A stretch of DNA of 64,000 bases from a virus. Its lineage: Duplodnaviria > Heunggongvirae > Uroviricota > Caudoviricetes. Where the stretch lies: IMG/VR virus record IMGVR_UViG_3300006155_000234; one strand, given 5' to 3'. Made by a program: the position numbers and the translations under genes. The notes below the pieces were generated by a model. It was not told the DNA's origin and did no database searches. It saw only the letters and a list, made by a program, of their open reading frames with translations. Below are positions 59,170-64,000 of this stretch, in pieces; the first letter of the stretch is position 1, and every line of letters starts with the position of its first letter.

Positions 59170-59367
59170 ATGGAAAAAGAAATTAAAAGAGATGGTTTAT
59201 TTAAGTACACATTTTATAATGAACAGCATAAAGAAGTTGCAGTTGTTAATATGGAAGGAATTACTAAAATAATAAATAATGATAATATTGAAGAATTTTT
59301 AAATATAGAAAACCTTAAAAAGATATTAAATGTAGATGAACTTATAATTGAAGAAATTTATAGATAA
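59170..59367 (+). CDS. Hypothetical protein
   Basis: 65 aa with GAGG RBS; followed by a bidirectional terminator at about 59377-59409. Confidence 0.55.
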   Translation: MEKEIKRDGLFKYTFYNEQHKEVAVVNMEGITKIINNDNIEEFLNIENLKKILNVDELIIEEIYR

Positions 59368-59408
59368 TAAATTACAAAAACACATACTTAAATGTATGTG
59401 TTTATTTT

Positions 59409-59648
59409 TTAATCATTATTATATATAAGGTCATGAAGATTTCTAACTAATGTATAGATATTACCATCACTTTCTTTATAATTTCTTAAATAGTATTCTA
59501 ACATAACTATTTTGTTACTATCTCTATATCTATTTCTTTTATATGTACTAAATTCTTTTGAAAGTTTATCATACTTTATATCACTTTTGACATAAAGTAT
59601 TAATAAGAATATAGAAACACAAATTAGAACTATGACTAAAATGTTCAT
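59409..59648 (-). CDS. Small membrane-anchored protein
   Basis: N-terminal TM segment. Confidence 0.6.
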   Translation of the reverse strand: MNILVIVLICVSIFLLILYVKSDIKYDKLSKEFSTYKRNRYRDSNKIVMLEYYLRNYKESDGNIYTLVRNLHDLIYNND

Positions 59649-59667
59649 ATTTAATATCCTCTTTTCT

Positions 59668-60144
59668 TTATTCTTTTGAATGATAATCTCTATATATTTG
59701 TAATATTTTCTCAGCAGTCATCTCATCTTCTCCTAAAAATAGTATTTTATAGTTTCCACCATACCTTTTGGAACAACTTTTCAATCTTTCAGAGCTTCCT
59801 ATAATTAAATCTTTCTTAGCAAACTTTTTAGCAGAACAATGTTGTTGATATAATATAACACCATAATCATCTATTAGCATATATTCACCATTTATATCTT
59901 TAGTTCCATCATTGCTATTGCTAAGTATATATAATTTTCTTGGTATATCAAAATCTAAATATTCTGTTTTAATATGTATATGTTTATTATTTCTATATCT
60001 AACAAGTTGTGATGTGTGATGTTTAGTTTTATATTCATTATTAAATAATAATACATGTTCTCCTTTAAATACTTTGAATTTACCAGATACTTTATCATTT
60101 ATATATACATCTCTATTAATAGTTGCACCAAATTGATAGCTCAT
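59668..60144 (-). CDS. Hypothetical protein
   Basis: 158-aa ORF in the minus-strand operon. Confidence 0.6.
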   Translation of the reverse strand: MSYQFGATINRDVYINDKVSGKFKVFKGEHVLLFNNEYKTKHHTSQLVRYRNNKHIHIKTEYLDFDIPRKLYILSNSNDGTKDINGEYMLIDDYGVILYQQHCSAKKFAKKDLIIGSSERLKSCSKRYGGNYKILFLGEDEMTAEKILQIYRDYHSKE

Positions 60145-60146
60145 TT

Positions 60147-60371
60147 TTAATCACTTTCTCCTTCAAAGGATTTAGTTCCCTTTAAATAATTATTAAGATT
60201 GAATATTGTTTGCTGATATGTTTCACCATTCTTTTCTATGTATTGTTCATTTGTCATGTAGAAATTACACTTTTCTTTAGTACAATATAATTGTTTAAGA
60301 CAAGCACAATCTACTGACTTAGCTTTTTGTTCAAAAGCAAAACAATCAGATTTAGGTTGTTGTTTTTGCAT
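60147..60371 (-). CDS. Small Cys-rich protein
   Basis: DCFAF...CACL...C...CNFY. Confidence 0.6.
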   Translation of the reverse strand: MQKQQPKSDCFAFEQKAKSVDCACLKQLYCTKEKCNFYMTNEQYIEKNGETYQQTIFNLNNYLKGTKSFEGESD

Positions 60372-61364
60372 CTATTTATCCTCCTTTATATTTAATTCAA
60401 CAATTCTTTTTATTGAATAATCATCTAATGTTTCTTTAGATTTACCATTTATAATTTTCTGTATTTTATTTATATATTGATAAAATCTTTTAATTAAATC
60501 ATTATTCTTTTTGTTTTCTTCTTTAGAAGTAGTTGGGTCAGAGATTAAACATTCAAACCAAGTTTCAATAGATATTTTATTAAAATATTTATCATCAAAC
60601 TTGTCAATGATATTAACATCTTTTTCAAAATCTTCTGAACTAGCTCCTTTTTGTACTGCAAGTCTAACTTCTATTTTTGGACTCCAACCATCACGTTCTA
60701 TTACTATATAATCCATTGTTTTCAACTTTTTAACAAGTTTCTTTGCTATTGATATATGATATTTCAATTCAAACCATTGTTTTAAACTAGATTGGATATG
60801 ATATTTTAAATCTTTGATATATATTCTTAATGCTCTAAAATTAGATACTTCATAATATATCTTATCTTTACCATAACCAGAATAGATATATGATTTTATA
60901 GGATGCTTGTGTATGAATTTTAATATATCTGGTATATCATCTAAATACCATTCTTCTTTTTTAATTCTTTTATTATTAGAATTTATTTCATACCATGCCT
61001 GTCTATATGCACCTTGTAAAAAACTAGAATAAGAAGGTTTAAACTTATCTATATTTCTTTCATATTGAGTAAAGAATACAAGTTCAGATTCTGAAGATAT
61101 TCTATAAGAATCTGACCATAATGTATTATTACTTTCTAATGCCTCTTTCAAGCTATCAAATCTTTTAGTATTCCAGAATGCAAACTTAAATCCAGGTATC
61201 TCTTTAATATGGAAATGACAAATGCTGTCTTTAGGTCCTTTAAAGAAAAAATATGTATCACCAAATTCCACATCTATAATATGAAAATCAGTTTCTTCTT
61301 CAATTTGCAATAATGCAGATTTAATTAAATTTTTATTTGATATTTTACTAGGTTTAACATTCAT
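60372..61364 (-). CDS. Hypothetical protein
   Basis: 330-aa ORF. Confidence 0.65.
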   Translation of the reverse strand: MNVKPSKISNKNLIKSALLQIEEETDFHIIDVEFGDTYFFFKGPKDSICHFHIKEIPGFKFAFWNTKRFDSLKEALESNNTLWSDSYRISSESELVFFTQYERNIDKFKPSYSSFLQGAYRQAWYEINSNNKRIKKEEWYLDDIPDILKFIHKHPIKSYIYSGYGKDKIYYEVSNFRALRIYIKDLKYHIQSSLKQWFELKYHISIAKKLVKKLKTMDYIVIERDGWSPKIEVRLAVQKGASSEDFEKDVNIIDKFDDKYFNKISIETWFECLISDPTTSKEENKKNNDLIKRFYQYINKIQKIINGKSKETLDDYSIKRIVELNIKEDK

Positions 61365-61815
61365 CGCTACTTACACCTCGCTTACTATTAAAATAATCTG
61401 TTTCATGTTTTAAACATCTGTATAGATTATTATATTCTTTTATAGTCATATCTCCTAAATCATCTATATCTACATATTCTTTTTCAATATCATCTTTATT
61501 TACTTTTATAATATACTCATCTTTGAAAGCTCTAGGTAAACTTAATTTTAAATCATTTTTAATCATATTAAGTGCAGTATCTAAAAATTCTTTACTTTCA
61601 GAAGTTGACCATATTTCTGTTTGTATTTCAATATTCTCATTAGAACCAGCATCTATATAAATATCACCAACAGGAGAATACTGTAATCCTTTTTCTAATT
61701 TAGATGCAATATTTGTAGATTTTCTAATGCAATTTATTGTTACTAACCAATGTATTAAATTATCAGAATAGAACTTTACATCATCTTCAATTAGTTTTTC
61801 AAAAACATTATTCAT
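61354..61815 (-). CDS. Hypothetical protein
   Basis: 153 aa with GGAGG RBS. Confidence 0.6.
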   Translation of the reverse strand: MNNVFEKLIEDDVKFYSDNLIHWLVTINCIRKSTNIASKLEKGLQYSPVGDIYIDAGSNENIEIQTEIWSTSESKEFLDTALNMIKNDLKLSLPRAFKDEYIIKVNKDDIEKEYVDIDDLGDMTIKEYNNLYRCLKHETDYFNSKRGVSSDEC

Positions 61816-61827
61816 AATTAATACCTC

Positions 61828-62175
61828 CTACATTCTTTTAGGTTCATGTAAACCTAATAATCCTATAAATTTAGATTGGGATAAAGTATTTTCTATATCT
61901 TCTATAAAATCTTTTATTCTTTTTAATTCTTCTCCATCTATTACATCTCGTGTGCCTAATCTACATACTTTAGTATAGTCTACTATATAATATGACATTG
62001 TATCATAAATTATTGTTTTTGGTATAAATCTGTTTATAGGCATTGAAAATCCTTTATTTTTATATTCATGTGCAAACATAATTGAATTTCCTGTTCTAGT
62101 ATCTTCGCATGTAAGTTTTAAAGTTGTCCCAAATTCACCTTTTAATTCTATTTTTAAATCAAATAAATCTTTCAT
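61828..62175 (-). CDS. Hypothetical early protein
   Basis: First gene after the promoter at 62222-62250. Confidence 0.6.
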   Translation of the reverse strand: MKDLFDLKIELKGEFGTTLKLTCEDTRTGNSIMFAHEYKNKGFSMPINRFIPKTIIYDTMSYYIVDYTKVCRLGTRDVIDGEELKRIKDFIEDIENTLSQSKFIGLLGLHEPKRM

Positions 62176-62221
62176 AATAAAATCCTCTCTTTCATATTTA
62201 TTATTTACTTACTATGTTATA

Positions 62222-62250
62222 ATTATACTATAAGTTTTAAAATATGTCAA
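62222..62250 (-). promoter_or_regulatory. Early promoter TTGACATATTTTAAAACTTATAGTATAAT
   Basis: Exact copy. Confidence 0.85.
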
Positions 62251-62265
62251 GGGTTTTTGAAATTT

Positions 62266-62538
62266 TTATAAGTTTAGATTTCCAAAAAATTCTTTTATAT
62301 CTTTTTCTGTAATGAATGGATTATATGTTTCTTCTTGATATTCTAATTCTTCTTCACTTAATTCTTTATGTCTTACCATATATCTTTGTATATCATCTTC
62401 TTTATATTCTTTTATTTCATTATAAGAACGAACATATACTTCATATACTATTTCTTTATTATTCCTAATCCAAGATTTAACTATAACACCTATTAAATTT
62501 CCTTCTACTACAACCATATCCCCAAAACAAAATTTCAT
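62266..62538 (-). CDS. Hypothetical protein (YorP/KOW-like N-terminus)
   Basis: MKFCFGDMVVV...GVI. Confidence 0.6.
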   Translation of the reverse strand: MKFCFGDMVVVEGNLIGVIVKSWIRNNKEIVYEVYVRSYNEIKEYKEDDIQRYMVRHKELSEEELEYQEETYNPFITEKDIKEFFGNLNL

Positions 62539-62563
62539 ATATAAACCTCCCTAACTATAATTA

Positions 62564-64000
62564 TTATTTAGTGTATGCTTTTACATTATTTCTGTCTAAT
62601 ACTCTTCTTACTGTTGTTCCTGAAATATTATATAAATCACCAACCTTTTCAGCACTTTTAATTCTTAAATAATCACTACATATAGAATCTTCGTCTAGGT
62701 CTAGTTTAGAGTGTGATTTTTTCATCTCTATATTATTGTTATTTAATATTAATTTAACTAATTCCCTGTTGCAATGTAATTTTTGTGCAACCTTAGTGTA
62801 TGATTTGAGTTTTTTATATAATAAGCATACCTCATCATCATTAATAGATTTTTTCCTTCTTTTTAATACATTAATATGATTACTGTGTAATATTCTACTA
62901 ATATATGACGAACTTTTATTGGTAATTTTATGAATATCTTGTATTGATTTATTTTCTTTAGTATATAACTTACATATATATTTTATGTCTTCCTGTGTTG
63001 CCTTTCTTGGATTTGTATTTGCTTTTATACTGCGTAAGTAATCTCTGACAGTATCATATCCGAAATCAAGTGCAATACTTAATTGTTTTATCGTCATACT
63101 TCCAAAGTTGTTTTTAATAAATTTTTTATCATCGTCAGATAGTAGATAGTTTTCTATTTCACCCATATTATATAATATTCTTCTAACAAGTGGTACAGTA
63201 ATCTCTAATTCATTTGATATGTCAGTACAAGATTTATTTTGATTATATAAATCTATTACTTTACCACAAACATCATCATTAAATGTAAATTTCTTAAAAT
63301 TTTCACACCCTATATTGCACAAATCTAATCCTCTAAGTAAGTGCCATCTTTTAAGATTAAGTCGTGAACATAATTCTTCCAATGTTATACCATTTTGGAT
63401 ATTTTTCTCTATAAACTTTTTATTTTTATTTATTATTTTGATTAAATCATCATTAGATATAATGTTTAATGGTTTTCCATTATAGCAGTTATTTTCCTTG
63501 AGTATTTTAACAACAGTACCTCTATTTATTTTATATTTATTCGCAATTTCTGCTATTGATAAATTATTGTCTTTTGCTATCTCTGCTCTAATATCATCAG
63601 GTACCTCTTTCCAATGTTTAAATTTATTTAAAACATCTTCTATTTCTTTTGTTTTGGATATAAGATTTATACACTCACTAAATATCTTTTTATCTTTATT
63701 AGACTTGATACTTAAATCTAAATTATTTTGACTTCCACACTCAAAATCATTCTCTATTTGTCGTATATGTGAACTATTATCAACTAAATCAAATATAACA
63801 GGTTTATTACCATTTATAGCTCTTCCTATCTGTTGAAAATACACAATAGGTGAGGTTGTTCTTCTTAAAAGAATAGCAATACTACATTTTGGTAAATGTA
63901 ATCCTTCATTTAGTTTATTACAAGAAATCATAATATCAATAGAATTATTATCTTCATCATCAGAATATTCATTTAGATAATTATTATTCTCCTTATCTGT
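62564..64000 (-). CDS. SF2 helicase C-terminal domain followed by tandem HTH repeats (5' truncated at the window edge)
   Basis: Frame open to 64000; LNEGLHLP and RRTTSPIVYFQQIGRA motifs; multiple HTH-like repeats. Confidence 0.8.
   Translation of the reverse strand, partial: TDKENNNYLNEYSDDEDNNSIDIMISCNKLNEGLHLPKCSIAILLRRTTSPIVYFQQIGRAINGNKPVIFDLVDNSSHIRQIENDFECGSQNNLDLSIKSNKDKKIFSECINLISKTKEIEDVLNKFKHWKEVPDDIRAEIAKDNNLSIAEIANKYKINRGTVVKILKENNCYNGKPLNIISNDDLIKIINKNKKFIEKNIQNGITLEELCSRLNLKRWHLLRGLDLCNIGCENFKKFTFNDDVCGKVIDLYNQNKSCTDISNELEITVPLVRRILYNMGEIENYLLSDDDKKFIKNNFGSMTIKQLSIALDFGYDTVRDYLRSIKANTNPRKATQEDIKYICKLYTKENKSIQDIHKITNKSSSYISRILHSNHINVLKRRKKSINDDEVCLLYKKLKSYTKVAQKLHCNRELVKLILNNNNIEMKKSHSKLDLDEDSICSDYLRIKSAEKVGDLYNISGTTVRRVLDRNNVKAYTK

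Noticed and set aside
2255-63731. Antisense or alternative-frame ORFs from the track (e.g. 2255-2515, 15149-15544, 36061-36711, 40138-40362, 52558-52941, 58401-58712)
   Set aside because: They are shadows of strongly supported genes, lack an RBS and have atypical composition.
1-64000. Stop-codon reassignment (TAG or TGA), or CGG reassigned to another amino acid
   Set aside because: Long genes are intact under the standard code and many end at TAG next to the following RBS. A simple sense reassignment of CGG would not restore the reading frame.

Overview
This 64 kb window comes from a very AT-rich, large T4-like contractile-tailed phage, probably infecting a low-GC Firmicute/Clostridia host (GGAGG ribosome-binding sites, sigmaA-type promoters, dockerin domains). 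It contains a tail-fibre/receptor-binding cluster (1-13.4 kb), a holin, the prohead protease and gp23-like major capsid protein, an amino-DNA methyltransferase, baseplate, neck, sheath, tube, tape-measure and hub/spike genes, an nrdD-glyA-nrdG-thyX nucleotide module, and several opposite-strand early-gene cassettes. The main discovery is that every in-frame CGG codon I found by eye (241, 7918, 8354, 10947, 47771) is CGG-A. At each site the gene continues in the +1 frame starting with GGA (Gly), and skipping the C rejoins adjacent ORF fragments into intact, motif-complete proteins. This points to a recurrent +1 frameshift or four-base (CGGA = Gly) decoding rule at the CGG codon, although a systematic assembly error still has to be excluded. 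Other notable features are dockerin-like repeats in virion proteins, a 17-nt late-promoter motif in about 14 copies, early promoters with a conserved spacer, several promoter-hairpin-terminator sRNA candidates, and a probable CCC-U +1 tail-chaperone frameshift. All family assignments come from motif recognition, not database searches.
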